A stretch of DNA of 64,000 nt from Asterias rubens (taxonomy: Eukaryota): the NCBI RefSeq assembly GCF_902459465.1, contig NC_047076.1:7874001-7938000 (forward strand), written 5' to 3'. The position numbers were made by a program, and so were the translations under genes. A model generated the notes under the pieces. That model made no database searches, had not been told where the DNA came from, and saw only the letters and a list, made by a program, of their open reading frames with translations. This document shows positions 1 to 14,000 of this stretch, one piece after another (within the stretch, counting starts at the first letter, position 1; each line of letters begins with the position of its first letter).

Positions 1-258
1 AAGTTTGCAATTTAAACTGCTGAATATGGATCACCGAAATCCGAAGAAAAAAAAACAATTTTGACGGACGAAAAACAAGTTCAATTTCTTTTTTACGAAA
101 ATAATGTGAATATTCTTTGTCAACAAACAAAAGTTCTCTCTAAAAAGTTCAAATTTCCCGCAAATATTCTGCACTTTGATCAATAAACACTTGCAATTCT
201 CAATACACGTCCGCTCTTCACGAATGAATAATGGAGTGTAAACAAATATAAGACCCAC

Positions 259-277
259 GCGGCGCAGTAACTGCCAT
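259..277 (-). other. Possible short first coding exon (MAVTAP-) of a minus-strand gene running off the left edge of the window
   Basis: Minus strand reads GCTGCAAAATGGCA (good start context), followed by a GTGGGT donor-like site (plus 253-258). A TGACGTCA CRE motif lies just upstream at ~315-322. No downstream exon is available to confirm it. Confidence 0.25.
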
Positions 278-1845
278 TTTGCAGCTTCATTGCGCAAGTC
301 TGGTTTCGGCGCGATGACGTCACCATGTACACTGCGCTGTAGTGGGATTTATGAATGACTCTTTACGAGAGGTCAAAACTAGACATCTAGCTCTGTACAC
401 AACCTTGCAACCGAATAGCTACAGATTCTTGAGCGACCCCTCATGGAAAAGGCGCTGTAGCTGAAAACCGCCTCGTTCCTCAACTTAGCTACGGCCACCA
501 TTTTGTAGAATAGAACACGGTCTTTCGTTTGGTATGCGTCGCGATGGTGAGCTAAGTCGCGATCGTTAAAATCCCCTTCAACAAACATTTTAACATTGTT
601 TCAATAGTTTAAGATTAATTATGGCAAAGTGGACTTAGCCATAATTAAAAAGCCTAACATCTAAGCTTCATTTTAAGGGGTATTTCGATATTTTTGGACG
701 TATTTACGGCCGTACGACAGCCCAAAGAAAAACTTCATCACGCATGGCAATTCAGGGACAAGAAATGAACTGCGCGCTGACGGGGTGCGAATTAACGAAA
801 AGTACGGATTTTTTCTTCTCTTTTCTCGGAAAGTAAATTTCTAATTATTCTAACATTTTGTCAAGTACTAGAAAACGAATTTCTCAAAAGTTTTACATTA
901 TTAACATACTTTTATTCTACACCATTTCGTAAAAAAAAATTTTTGGAACTGAAATATGACACCGTCGCAAATTAAAACTTCGTCAAATTGTTCGCCAGTC
1001 ACGTGACCGGGCGACGTCCCTAATTATAGCTCATTTTTACAGTATTCATATGCCATTTATTAGGAGTTCATCGTGTATGCATAATAGAAGAAAATACCAA
1101 AAATTCACTTAGTTTTGTATTCTTCATTACTTACGTCTGTGGTCGCCATGTTGTATTTTGCAGTTTGCAATGCATTCTGGGATCGGGAATGGTTAATATA
1201 GCAAGTTAAAAAATAGTTTCTGTCTTTCTACACAGCTCTCTTTTTCATTGAAGTATTATTTTAATCCCGACCAGTTGCGAATGAATACTTTACAGGGAAG
1301 CAACTCATTATCCTAGTCATACGTCAATCAGTCATCTTTGATTGATATAAAGTTATTTGTAATGATCAACAAAAAAGTGGTAAAATTGGTGTTGAGAACC
1401 AAGTTTTTATTTTAGACACACTGCAGTCCCCCCCCCCCCTCTAGCCATAGAGATAACGCAGCCATACATCGAATACACACACACATCGTAACATTACGGC
1501 ACAACAAGCACGACTAGCTCACAGTAGTGGAGGAAGATCACATTATTTTCATGAGAAAAGGAAGTGCTTACGTTTACACACTCGGGACTATGCCACTTAT
1601 TAATTATTGCAAAAACTGAGAGAGTGAGGAGGGACATCGTGGCTATGTCCTTGTCTAGAACTGCAAGTTGTGAGCAGAATGTTGGGGTCTAAAAAACACC
1701 ACAACAGACAATGAAACACTGCTAGACTGAAGTCGCGAAGAACTTTCCTGTTACTGTTAGTTTGATGTGTGCCAGGCTGCCTGTGTGTTTACACATGGAG
1801 CAATAAGTTCACATACTTGCTTGAACCAGAAATTCACAGGCAGAA

Positions 1846-4800
1846 ATGGCCATAATGAAAAGCAAATCTCGCACGGTGATTTATGTTGCTGTTGGTGTAA
1901 TGGTTGGAGCATTGCTCAGTTTGATCTGCGCTCCACCAGGCAGTGATTGCGGACTGGACAGTAACATTCACGCAGGGACCAAGCGAAAAACCAATGCAAT
2001 CATAGATTACGGCACGGATGAAAACGGGAACCAACTAAATGACAAGGACTTTGAACCGGTTTTGATGACGGCAAATAATCCACTGGTGAAGAAGGACATT
2101 GATCGACAAAGCCTGATCCGATCGCGTTACATCTCTTCGGAACTTCAAATTAAAGAGAAACTATTTGTGGGCGTAATGGTGTCACGTGAAGAGATCGATT
2201 TAGATTCCACCACTGTTGGGCTAAACAAGACGCTAAGCCATTATGTCAATAAATTAGTGTTTTTTGCGAAGACGAACCCTGAGCCAGCCCCAAGCGGAAT
2301 GACGATTGTCGCGTTTCCAGGGGAACAGGTCAATGTGAGGATGTTCCAAATATGGAAGTACATCTACGAACACTACGGCAACGAATACGATTGGTTTCTT
2401 TTGATTCAAGACAACACGTATATTTACGGAGAGGTGTTTATGGAGTTTCTCGGGCACATGAGCGTGGGGCGTGATTTGTACATGGGAAGTCCGGTGCATG
2501 AATCTGAGATGGATGTGACATTCTGTAGCAGAGAGGCAGGTCTGTTTGTGCAGAAAGGAATTTAACTGCAATTGACTGTATCTAAATCAAATAGCCCCTT
2601 TGTTGCTGTGAAAGTCGCCATTTTGGGCAGAGTAGCGCATCTAAATGCGCACATCAATAAAGCACGCAGCGTTCCCGGTTTGGTTGCTATGGCATGAGCA
2701 CCCACACACACTCGCTCACAGACGCAATGTTGTAGGGCAGGTGTTTGAATGGTGAAGTCATACTCATTATTCATGAGTATATGATAGGAAAATTGCTGTT
2801 TGATTCTGCAGTCTTTCCTGTCTGGCTCAGCTCAGCATTGCTTTGAGTTTGACTGTACAGTATCATACATACCAAGACATTCTAGCTATTGTAGTCTTTG
2901 TTTTTTAAAATTATTATCAATATTTTCAGAATCTTGTTTGTAAATGTGGCATACATGTAGTTCCATTGTAATCCACACCCACTTCCACACAAATTGGCTC
3001 AAATGATTACCATAGGAAATGTATTGAGCTATTTTTACTTGAGGATTCAAATAACAAAAACAGCAATATCACAAATTCTAAAACTTATCCCTAAACATTT
3101 ATTAGGTGTTTTTAAACGTTGTAGACACAAAGTGTCTAACACTAGAAATATTCCTTTGTTGGGCCTCAAAGTAATCTCAACTCCTTTGGAGTATGCACCA
3201 TCAGGCAAGTTTAATAATGTTGCTAATCATTCACAACAAAGGTCTCTACCCCCTCGCAAGTACCCATTTATTCCATGGTAACAAGAAGCTATAAGGTCGT
3301 GGGTGCGAATCCCACCCGAGTGTCGAGCATTATGTCTGTGATTTTTTTTACAGAGCTCGGGAAAGTACTGAGTATACAGTGCTAAAACACATCTTGGTGG
3401 TATATTGGTACAAACTAAAAATAAATGTAAGAAGCTATTTTATAGTTTAAAGGCAGTGGACACTATTGGTAACTGTCAAAGACTAGCCTTCACAGTTGGT
3501 GTATCTCAACATTTTTTTATGCATAAAATAACTAACCTGTGAAAATTTGAGCTCAATCGGTCATCGAAGTTGCGAGATAATAATGAAAGAAAAAAACACC
3601 CTTGTCACACGAAGTTGTGTGCGTTTAGATGGTTGATTTCGAGACCTCAAGTTCTAAATCTGAGGTCTCGAAATCAAATTTGTGGAAAATTACTTCTTTC
3701 TCAAAAACTATGGCACTTCAGAGGGAGCCGTTTCTCACAATGTTTTATACCATCAACCGCTCCCCATTACTTGTCACCAAAAAAAGGTTTTATGCTAATA
3801 CATGTAATTATTTTGAGTAATTACCAGTAGTGTACACTGCCTTTAAGGGGCAGGTTGTTAGGATCATGTTAAAAAAAAAATGTAGACCTATGGCTGTACA
3901 TTGAATTAGTTACTGCATGCGTGCATCCTCCCCTGTTTATATCTATATATGGAGATTGGAGAATGCACATTGCGAGCGGAAATTGGGTGAGAGGTTACAG
4001 CCACTGGGCTGTATTGACAATGACTACATAGCCCCTTGACTTGAAGTGTCTTGCCGAAGAATACTTAGTGTCACAACCAGGATTTGAACCCACACAATAA
4101 CAACTCGGCCATGAGAACTTCAGTTTGATGTTCTAGACAGCTCAACCATGACCCGATACAATCATGAGAACTAAAATAATAATTTTTCATCTTTTCTGTT
4201 ATACTTACAGGGTACATGTTGTCAAGAAACCTGCTGAAGAAAGTCGGACCATACTGGGAGGATTGCATGCGCAAGTCGTGGAACAACGTACCGGACTTGG
4301 AGTTTGGAAGATGCGTTCAGGACCACTCGGATGTACGCTGCTCTTCCGTTTATGAGGTAAGAGAGAAGCAATTTCCTTTGGAATCTTCAACCCAACTTCT
4401 CACAAATTCTCCAAAAACCATTGTGCTGCTTCAAAGCAGACTGACAGGTGCATTTTGTTTACACTTTAAGGTTCTATTTCTATTTCTATAAATGAAAACA
4501 TTTCATCCAATACCCAGTAAGCCAAAACCATTCTTTAGCTGGTCTAGAAATGGATTAGTGGCATGTCTAAGCCGAGGGATCTACATGTACATGTAGTTCA
4601 CCAGACCCAAGCTCTTGTGTTGTCAGCAGCAGAGTGTGGGTTTGAATCCCAGACATGACACTTGTGCTCTTGACTATAGGCACTTAACCTAATTGCTTCA
4701 TTAAAAGTTGGGAAGGTATTAGACCCAGTAACTGGGGCGCTGTACTCGTTTTTCCAAATTTTGACATTATCGGTAGTACGACCGATAATGTCAAAATTCG

Positions 4801-6651
4801 AAAAAAGGAGTACAGCGCCCCAGTTACTGGGTCCTTGGAAGGTAGTGCATTCTGCTGTACCAGCCAGGCTCCTAGTGGGTGATACCCTTGCCTACATCCT
4901 TAGGAACTGTGAAGGGGGTTACCCTGTTTCAGCCCGAGGAGTACATGTAGGTTGTACTGTGCCCATGGGATGGTGACAGTTGATTCCAAGGTTCGACAGC
5001 CCAAGAAGTGGCCGTCTGGCCGTGTGATATATTTAACGGTTCGCATTTAATTATTATTTTTTTTTAACAAGATACAATAATATACCAGCATTCTGTCTCC
5101 CATTGTTGCTTGGAATGTTTAGAAATCGAAACAAAAGGCTTTACAATTTCTTGGTTTTTTTTTTCCTTAACTTTTTTTCTTTCCTTTTCTCCATTTCAGG
5201 AATCAACGTTTTATGCGTACGATTTTGAAGACAAAGTTCTGTCAAGCAAGGAGAAGCAAGACAGCGAATTCCATAGGGCTATGTCTATATACCACGTGAT
5301 GGACACTCGTACAATGTATAAACTTCATAAATATTTCTCAGAGCAGGCACTAAGTCGAACTCTGGGTAAGATTTCTGAACTTCAGAATGTCATAGAGGAA
5401 ATCAGTGTGTATGCGCCTGGCGGCAAGTCTAAATTAGCCTGGCCAATCGGATCAAAGAGCACCTTCAAACCCACATCACAGTACGACGTTATTGGTTGGG
5501 AGTACTTCACGATGACACATGTGTTTGGATTGGATGACCCAAACTCTAAGTCTCCTCTGATTGGTGCAAATAAACAAGACATTGACGAGATTCTCACGAC
5601 GACAATGTCACGCTTGAATGAGATCTACGGAAATATTTTCATGCTCGGACGACTTGTGAATGGATACCGAAGATTTGAACCACTAAGAGGTATGGAGTAC
5701 ACCTTGGACATGGAATTGAAACTTCACGGCGACAAAAAGGAAGTTCAGAAAAGGGTCCACTTACTTCGACCTCTCAATAAAGTGGAGATAGTTTCAATGC
5801 CCTATGTCACCGAGTACACCCAAGTGACGATCATTTTACCAGTGGTTTCTGGCAGTCAAGAGCAAGTCCGCATCTTCTTAGACACCTACGCAAGGATTTG
5901 TCTTGAGACACGTGACAAGTCTGCTGTTATGCTGATCTTCATTTACACCCCTGCTGAGGCTTTGTCGATGGTAAAGGAGGATATTTACAGCGTCAACAAA
6001 GGGTATATATCCTACTTGGAGCGCAAGTACCCTGGCTCTCACCTGTCGTGGATCAGCGTCAAAACTAGCCTTCCTTCGCCCATCGCAATCATGGATGTTG
6101 TCTCAAAGAAGTTTGCTTCGGATACCCTCTTCCTCCTGACCAATGCTAATATGGAGATTGCCGCTGAGTTTCTCAACAGAGTTCGCATGAACACTATATC
6201 TGGTTGGCAGGTCTTCTTCCCGATTCCCTTCTCCCAGTACGACCCCAAGATCATCTACAAGGAGTTGCCGAACCCCAACCGTATCGACATAACCAAAGCC
6301 ATCGGGCATTTCGACACGTATCTCTTCGAGCATGCTAGCTTCTACAACTCGGACTACATGAACGCCAGGAAGAATTGGAACGAGAGACATCCAGGTAGTG
6401 AGACTGAACACATCCAGTCAGACCTAGACCTCTTTGAGATGTTTCTGCACACCAAACTGAACACCTTCCGGGCCGTAGACCCAGCTCTTAAGCTTCACTA
6501 TCGTCAACGAATATGCCAACCCTCTCTGAAAGAAGATCAGTATCAACGATGCTTAGAAGGAAGAGCTGAAGGTCTAGCGTCGAGATCACAGCTGGCGATG
6601 CTGGTGTTTGAGCAACAGCAAAAACAGCCAGGATTAAAGGGTCCTGCGTAG
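1846..6651 (+). CDS. CHPF: Chondroitin polymerizing factor (chondroitin sulfate synthase 2/CHPF family), 763 aa; exons 1846-2539, 4211-4356, 5200-6651
   Basis: N-terminal TM anchor (IYVAVGVMVGALLSLIC) and family motifs RSRYISSEL..KEKLFVGV, YDWFLLIQDNTY, LVNGYRRFEPLRGMEYTLD, FFPIPFSQYDP and FDTYLFEHASFYNSDY. Introns are GT-AG with consistent phases (1, 0), and the length matches vertebrate CHPF/CHPF2 (~770 aa). Confidence 0.93.
3447..3846 (+). mobile_element. Kolobok/T2-like MITE (family A, ~380 bp), TTAA target
   Basis: TTAA|AGGCAGTGGACACTATTGGTAA…TTACCAGTAGTGTACACTGCCT|TTAA; nine related copies in the window. Confidence 0.85.
4545..5030 (+). mobile_element. tRNA-derived CORE-type SINE (split by a MITE); relatives at ~13600-13850 and 14001-14310 (+), and ~3990-4155, 39340-39590 and 54990-55120 (-)
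   Basis: B-box GGGTTTGAATCCC, a GTGCCCTTG…AGGCACTTAA core and a shared ACCAGCCAGGCTCCTAGTGG…AACCCTGTTTCAGCCC body. Confidence 0.65.
4719..4836. mobile_element. ~115-bp near-perfect palindromic MITE inserted in a SINE; related copy at 11531-11636
   Basis: AGACCCAGTAACTGGGGCGCTGTACTC…GAGTACAGCGCCCCAGTTACTGGGTCC, flanked by a duplicated GGAAGGTA. Confidence 0.75.
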
Positions 6652-8555
6652 AGTTTCAACTCTTGTGTTCTCACTATTTTCTTCTTTTAGAACCTAAGCT
6701 ATACTTTAATAAAAGTAATAACAGGAAATATTGCTCTGCAGATAAATTAGCTGGGACCCAGTTGCAACACTGGGACATAATTAGCGCGGCATCTTAGTTG
6801 GTAATCTGGTTATGCTATTACTGGAATAAGTTGTAAGCAAATATGTTGTGCTTACCAGCTTGATACAGTTCACAGGTGGGGAGAGTCTTGTGACAATAGC
6901 AGGGTCCCAATCAACGAGCCTTTATAATTTTTCTAGCTTTTGTCACGAAAGTCTCCTACTTTATGGTTCTGTTACCACAGAACTCGGTGCTTACAGTTAC
7001 ACAGTCACCAGTCACTTACTGGGTAAGCGCCAAAATTCTGCACTAACTTTTTAAGTGAAGACTGCTTAGTAACATGAAATATGCATACGTGCAAGCACAA
7101 ATTTTTGATAAAATGTCAAACACGCTTACATTAAATGCGGATTTGTCTCCTTCAGTAAGTACAGATTTTTTCTGATAACAGAGCCATGGTATTGGGCACA
7201 AGTCCATAGTCTTTTATAGGTTGACGTTGGACCTCATCTGCTGAGTGTGTCGATCACGGACCATCCATTGTTTTTTCGATCTTTTTTATTTAGCTGCAGT
7301 AATGATTTCAATCATCCACAAACTCCTATGGACCATGTCTTTTACTTTCATTCCAGGAGAATAATTAATATTTTATTTTATTTATAGAGTACAGTACATT
7401 TACATTGTTATTGCCCATGGTTGGACATTGTCATAATGCAATCCAAGGGACAGTGAAGTGTCCATTCAATTAAACTTAAAGTTTTAGTTCAAGAGGCTGG
7501 CAAGAAGAATTTGCAAAACAATCATTGGTTTAAATGATATAAACTGTACAAAATATGTTAATGTAAAATGTACTTAATAATATAAAGTTCACTTTAGTAT
7601 AACTCTTAAAGTTACTTTTCTGACTGATAAATATTTTTTTCCATGGTGCTGTATTACTTCAAAATCACATAATTTCCAGTGTTTATGTAGAAAAGAATGG
7701 TTTTGTCCAAGCATATTTTTTTCAAACTTCTTGTGGTCCAATCTGCACCTTCCCTCCACCCCTATGTCTTGTCTCCTTATTTATTGTTAACCCCTTGCTT
7801 TGTCTGTGTGCTTTCTATATCTCTCTTTCTATTATTGTTATACTTATAATACCTGTGTGTTATGTTGTCATTTGGCCTTTGAAAATCTGTCTCTTCTTGT
7901 GTCCAAATGTCATGTTTAAACAAAATACTTTCCTTCAATATTTCAGTGTTTTCAACTTTTTTCTTCTGATAGTGGACACTTGATGCTTTGAACTTGATAA
8001 GAATACTGTTTTTGAATGTTTTGCATCCTAAATTAACAAGCAATAAGGTTTAAGGTTAAAGAACCAGCCAGTCGGACCACTAGGACACAATTGTGACTGG
8101 TCCTCATGTGTTTTAATTTGTAATTAAACAATTTTAGGGAGAACGCCGCATGTATGTAGTTAGGGTTTTTGAACAGTATTGACCAAGTAGAAATAAGAGC
8201 CTTGTATTACCAATGTCTTCAAGAAGGAGGAAAAGATGGTTTTGAGGTGTCAGTGGAAAACAGTCTCTGACGCTTCAAAATCTTCTTTGGAGAAATTGAA
8301 CAGAAATATGACAGATTTTGACCAAAACATGTGAAATAGATCAATCATGCAATAAATTTGTTCTATGTACTTAAGAATTTCAAAAAAATATATATTGTAG
8401 ATCAGAGGAGTTTTCCCAAAATGATTCTGTTTGTGGTAATCATATATTGAATCTGTCTGTTTGACCATGGTCCAAATCAAAACTAGAAGGGGTGGGGGTG
8501 TTAAACCATGTTCAACACTTGGCCATTTCAAATTATTCAAAATCCAACTGCCTTT

Positions 8556-8720
8556 CAGGCCTGGAATTTCATCTTTGAGAAGGCAAGGCCATTTTCATTT
8601 TGAAAAGGGCACTTCCATTTGAAAGTTGTAAAGTCTATGGGAAACGGCACCAAGGCTAAAACCAGGGCAACGGAGGTCACGGCCTCCATGGCCTTCCTTT
8701 ACGTAAAATTCCAGGCCTGG
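8556..8720. mobile_element. hAT-like MITE (CAGGCCTGGAATTT TIR, GGGCAC-rich); relatives at ~8940-9080, 29105-29250 and 58520-58660
   Basis: CAGGCCTGGAATTT…AAATTCCAGGCCTG, with recurring AAAGGGCAC motifs. Confidence 0.5.
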
Positions 8721-11049
8721 CATGATTTTGTTAAATGGTATTGGACTGAGAAGTGGATGGGATCAGATGAACCATCAAAATCATTGTCCCTACAGTTTTG
8801 CTTGGGTGTTGAATTACTTTTTTTACGGTGCTGGATTTTGTTAGAGTGAGGAAAAATCACTCAAGGAAGTTATGCAGATCTGTGTACTTAGAGGGTTGCC
8901 AATGCGTTGCAACAACTTTAACAGGACTGTACGCTTCGTTTTTGAAGGAGCACCTTGGTAAAGGGCACCCTATGAGGACATTGTACATTTCTACTGGAGC
9001 ATTTTTAAGGGCACCAAGGCAATGACCTGGGGGCATGGTGGAGGCAATTGCTTTGTTGCCTCCGTGAAGTATCAGGCCTGATCTAGATACATAAGCCAAT
9101 AGGAAGGAATGTGTTCATATAGGGTGCCAGCAGAATAGACTGCACATTTGGTTGTGCTGTGTTCAGACCAAATATAGCCTCTTGCACCTACATAACCAAA
9201 GATAAGCAGCACCCTCCTCTCTCATCACATAAATGTATTCGTGATTGTATATGAAATATCACTTTGCATTTCCATCCATTTTTCGTTTTGTTTATTAATT
9301 TGTTGTGCTAAATTATAAGAGTGACAATCAATATAGAAATCTTAAGAATTATATATTTTTTTAGATAGCAAAGAAAAGAAAGATTTCCCCAATCAAAATC
9401 AACTCTAACTAACTCCTATTAACAGTTTGCCATTTGTTTAAAAAAAGACTATGTACCAAATTTGCATTATTACAGTTGGGCCGTAAATCTGTGTGTTCCT
9501 ACGCGATGTGCGTTCCTACGCGTTGGGTTTAAAGCGTTTTTCGCAAGGTGTGAATATGAAAATACATGCCAAGCAACACACATTTTTTCATGAATCCATA
9601 TTGCGTTAACCGCTGACATTAAAACAGTTTTTTTTTATACATTTGTACACATTGTGTACTACGCATTACACACAACGCAACAGATTATGAACACATAGGT
9701 TTCTAGCCTTAAACAAACAGGGTTTAACAATTAATGTATCTCTGTGTATTTGACAATAAACTTGTTTTAAATAAACTTGTTGCTGTAATAAAGAAACTTT
9801 TGAATTTCCTTTTTTATTAAATAGCTTCAGTTGAATTTGATGTTAATAAAGCATATGGACAACGTTGGTAGTTGTAAAAAAAGACCAGTGTTCGATCTGT
9901 AAGTGACCCGACACATAAAATAACTAATCTGTGGAAATTTAAGCTCAATTGGTTACTGGAGTCACAAGAAAATAGTGACAGACCCTCACCCAAATATATT
10001 TGTTCACTCTCGAGTATTAAACATCGAGTTTTGGATGCTCGAGATCAAGCCTGATCGTTTTGTGAATCTGTGAACATCGAGATCGATTTTCAATCTTATT
10101 TCAAATGTTCTGTAGACCCTTTGCAAGAGTACATCCTTTGTAACCTTTACAAAGGGTGTTCTGTACACCCATTGTAATATCTAGCAAATCACTAGATATT
10201 ATTTTGATATATCTTTTTTTTTTCAAATCAAAGAGAATGGTTACTTTAAAATGACCACGATGATCACATCGTCGTAAATATTTGCGTATATTCAAATTTG
10301 ATGCCCGAACTGTACATTTTTATGCAAATATTTGTGTAAAAATCTGATGAATTTGCCCATGTGATGATTTTGTAATGAATAGTATGTAAAATTCATAATT
10401 TTATGCCCCAAAATTTAACTATTGAAAACAATATTTTGTGTAAATTGAATTTGCGTCGGACGTATGTTTACAAAGTCTGAATCTAAAAAGTAAGGATGCT
10501 TTGCCGACTACACTAGTCGGCAAAGCATCCTTACGGAAACTTCACACCCATCTGTTTGTTAAGAAAGCAATGAAGCTAGTTTGAGACGTAGGGGGGAAAC
10601 CCTTATTATTATAGTATCAGGGACACTGGTGGAAGGGATAAAAACCTGTTATCCACATGCAATGCCCCGTCCGGGTATCTAACCGGGGTCCACAGATGAG
10701 GTGAAAGGCAGAGACAGAACCCTGACTCCCCTCAGTTGTTGTGGTTAGTTTTAAAATTTTGTTTAACCGTTTTTAAATTAATAAACCACGAGGGAATTCC
10801 CGAAAGTGACTGGTTAAATGGCATTTAACAAAGAATGATTGACAAGAAAGTTAAAAGTTTTTCATTAAGTATGACCAAGAGAGGGCGATACTCATTTACA
10901 ATGGGTCGCTGGTGTCCCTTGATCAATGTGCATATTAACGGCTTACGCTGTTCTTTGACAGTGCAACTTGTTTGCTGCTACTTCGATCAGGACACCAGTT
11001 ATTATTTTGCGGCTCATTCAAAGAAAACAAAACAACAAACTGCGGCAAA

Positions 11050-14000
11050 ATGGAGACAAAACAAGACGAAGTCGACGCTCATCTTTTGATTTCTTCATCC
11101 GAAGAGTTTTTACAAAATCAAAAAAGGTTTGTGTATGTCATCTTTATTATGTATAGCAACAAATGTGGTTCATCAAATGCTTAAAAATTATTTTGTTTAT
11201 TATAAAAATACATGGTCTGCTTGTCTGTCTGCTGCGTGTGGTGCGGTACGTGGTGGAACTTTCATTTTTGTACAAACCAAAATGACAAAATTGTTTAGTC
11301 AGTAGGTCAACCAAAGCTGTTTTTTAATTGTTTTATTTTTTATTTTTGTACATATTTTGTTTTAATGAGAGACCGATGTTAAAAGCAGTAGCCCACCTTG
11401 TTGAGCTGTATCGGCTCTCTATTTTAACATCGGTCTCATCACAGTTGTAATGGCGACTGTGATGAGAGACCGATTAAAAGGGAGCCAGTACAGTAGCCTA
11501 CAGCTCAACAAGGTGGGCTACGTACTAGTACTAGACCCTGTGACTGGGGCGCTGTACTTTTTATCAAAATTTTGTCATCGACCGATAATGACAACATTTT
11601 TTAAAACAGGAGTACAGCACCCCAGTTACTGGGCCTAATTTTTTACTTGGTCCTTAGTTGGTTTCATTTAGGAAAAATACAATTAAACTGAAGTCACAGG
11701 ACTAGATGGTGGACAGCTCTAAGTGTTGCACCTGATTTATTTTGCTGTTTACATTTACAGGGTTTTGAGTCAAATTAAAGATGAGATAAATGTCCTCCCA
11801 AAGAAAGTCAAGACAGAATGCCAAGGAGATGGAGATAATCTGCCTTCCGATGTTAGGATTGAGTGTCAGCAGGTGGTGGTAAGGGTCAAAGGCTTTAGCC
11901 AGGATTTGGAAGATAAAAACAAATAAATAATACAAAATAGTCTGAATAGTGTAAAGGTTAGCCCTTGTGCTCAGTGAAATTTCCCTACCTTTTTTCCCAA
12001 GGACAAATAAAAAGTCAGGTTGGCGCAGTGGTGTCTTGCCTCGCCTTCCACCTCTGGGGACCCCGGTTCGAATCCCACCTACCGGGGGGCTCTATGTGGA
12101 TTGGGTTTTTCAGTCCCTACTTGACTAAGTGGGTTTTCCGCGGAACAATTCTCTGGGGTTTTCCTCCCACTTCTAAAACTGAAAATTCTTCATTGTCTGT
12201 TTACCTTGTATAGATGCTGAAAATGCGTTGACAAGTATTGTCATAGATGTAGAGATGTAGATCATGATTGCTGTATACAAGTTGTTTCTCATATTATAAT
12301 CAATTATGGTCTTGAAAACTTGTCCACTAAACACTTTGAGCTACAATGCCGTTGTCTTATGGTTTCCCCCAAATCAACCGCCATGTTTTAGAGTTAAAAT
12401 GGGCTCACGAGCAATACTTTTATTTTGTGTTGAGGTCTCTACCATACCCCAAAGTGATTAGAAATTTTCAAAACAAAGCAAGCTTCAAATAAATACAAAT
12501 AATCTATACATATAAATATCTAAATTATGTTCCTTATTTTGTCTAATTCCAGGATGAATTCAAGAAAAAAAAGATTGCTTTTGTGCAGCTCCTGAGTCGC
12601 ATTAAGCTGCTGGATAACCTTGAGAATGTACCTAAAGATGAGTGGCCCTCACCAGCATCGTGTGGTAATATTATCAAAGTATACTAAAAAGAGAAAATAT
12701 ACCCTAGCTGTTGCTTACTGCTTACCAACCAAAATGATCTTCTGCGTTCATAAAATAAAAAAAGTTAACAGGCCGACGTTTCGACCCTACCAAAAGACTA
12801 AATGAAGGCTGTGTTGTCATATTATAGCCTTCAAGAAAGACTCTGCTTGGGTCAAAAGATCTGGGCCCAGATTAATGGCTCTGCTTACCGTAAGCACAGA
12901 ATCGGCGCTTACGGAAGCAGGGAATTCTGGAGCGCGTTTTGGCGACCCTAACCAGAAACATGTTTGAGCTTTGGTCGCTGGTCGAGCGTTTTTGCGTGTT
13001 CGGTTGAACCGCTGTTCCGACCAATCCGTAACCGACTTGTTGGCTCGGTTAGGCTTGGTTTTAAGATGGCGGACTCTAAAAACTAACGGAAAACGTACTG
13101 GAATTCTTTTAAAAAAGAAATACTTTGAAGCATAACAATTAAATAATGTTGGTAAAATTACAAAGACTAAGTTCCATTCCTCGATAATAAAATGACGGCT
13201 GTATATTTTGAGAGCATAAATTTTCAAGAGATGTACCTACCTCATGAACTGTTTCTGGTTACCAACCCGTTTTCGCGTAGCTCTCTGAAATTGTTTCGGT
13301 CAGTGAATTTGACATCAGAAACTTGTTTCTGGTCATGGTCGCCAAAACACGCTCCAGTACTTATGGCAAGCATATTTCGAGTTAGCGGCGAATTTTGGCT
13401 TCTGCACGTGCGTACTCCGCGTTACTAGGCATTTTATGCTTACAAGGCTAGCACAGAAATTTGGAGCTTGCACGCAAGTGGGGAATCGTGATGGTAAGCA
13501 CAGAATTTTGCGGTAAGCAGAGCCATGAAATAATCTGGACCCAGGCCATTAACTATTTTCTTGTAAACTATACATAAAGGCAGACAGTTAATCAGGCTTT
13601 TTGATCAGTGGAGTGTTTATTTGATTCCCGGTCTTGGCACTTTTGCCCTTGAACAAGGCACTTAATACATTTTCTTTGTAAAAAATTGAGAAGGTAGAGC
13701 AATGTGCTTTACCAGCCAGGCTCCTAGTGGATGGTACCCATGCCTACATCCTTACAGACTTTGTAGGGGTAACCCTGTTTCAGCCCAAGGAATAGGTGGC
13801 AACGTGCCCCTGGTGACAGTTCATTTATAGGTCGACAGCCCAAATCAGTTCAGTTTAGCCTTTACCTTGAAGTAGCCTTCCGTGGCCTTCTGATGTTAGG
13901 CGATCTCTCATAAAAATAGAAGGGAAAAAATGATAACACAATTGCTTCCTACTTCCAACAAATAAGTGTGTTGTGTAATGCGCAACCAGTACCCAGTACT

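Noticed and set aside
379-1150. 69-aa minus ORF and CpG-richer tract
   Set aside because: There are no recognisable protein motifs or splice partners, and I could not define convincing element ends.
3570-3830. Recurring 60-90 aa ORFs (also 14916-15150, 46774-47047, 53188-53508, 54333-54587, 61008-61202)
   Set aside because: These are chance translations of the same non-coding MITE in different frames, with no transposase motifs.
5110-5199. N-terminal part of the 513-aa ORF
   Set aside because: It is the polypyrimidine tract of CHPF intron 2; the exon starts at 5200.
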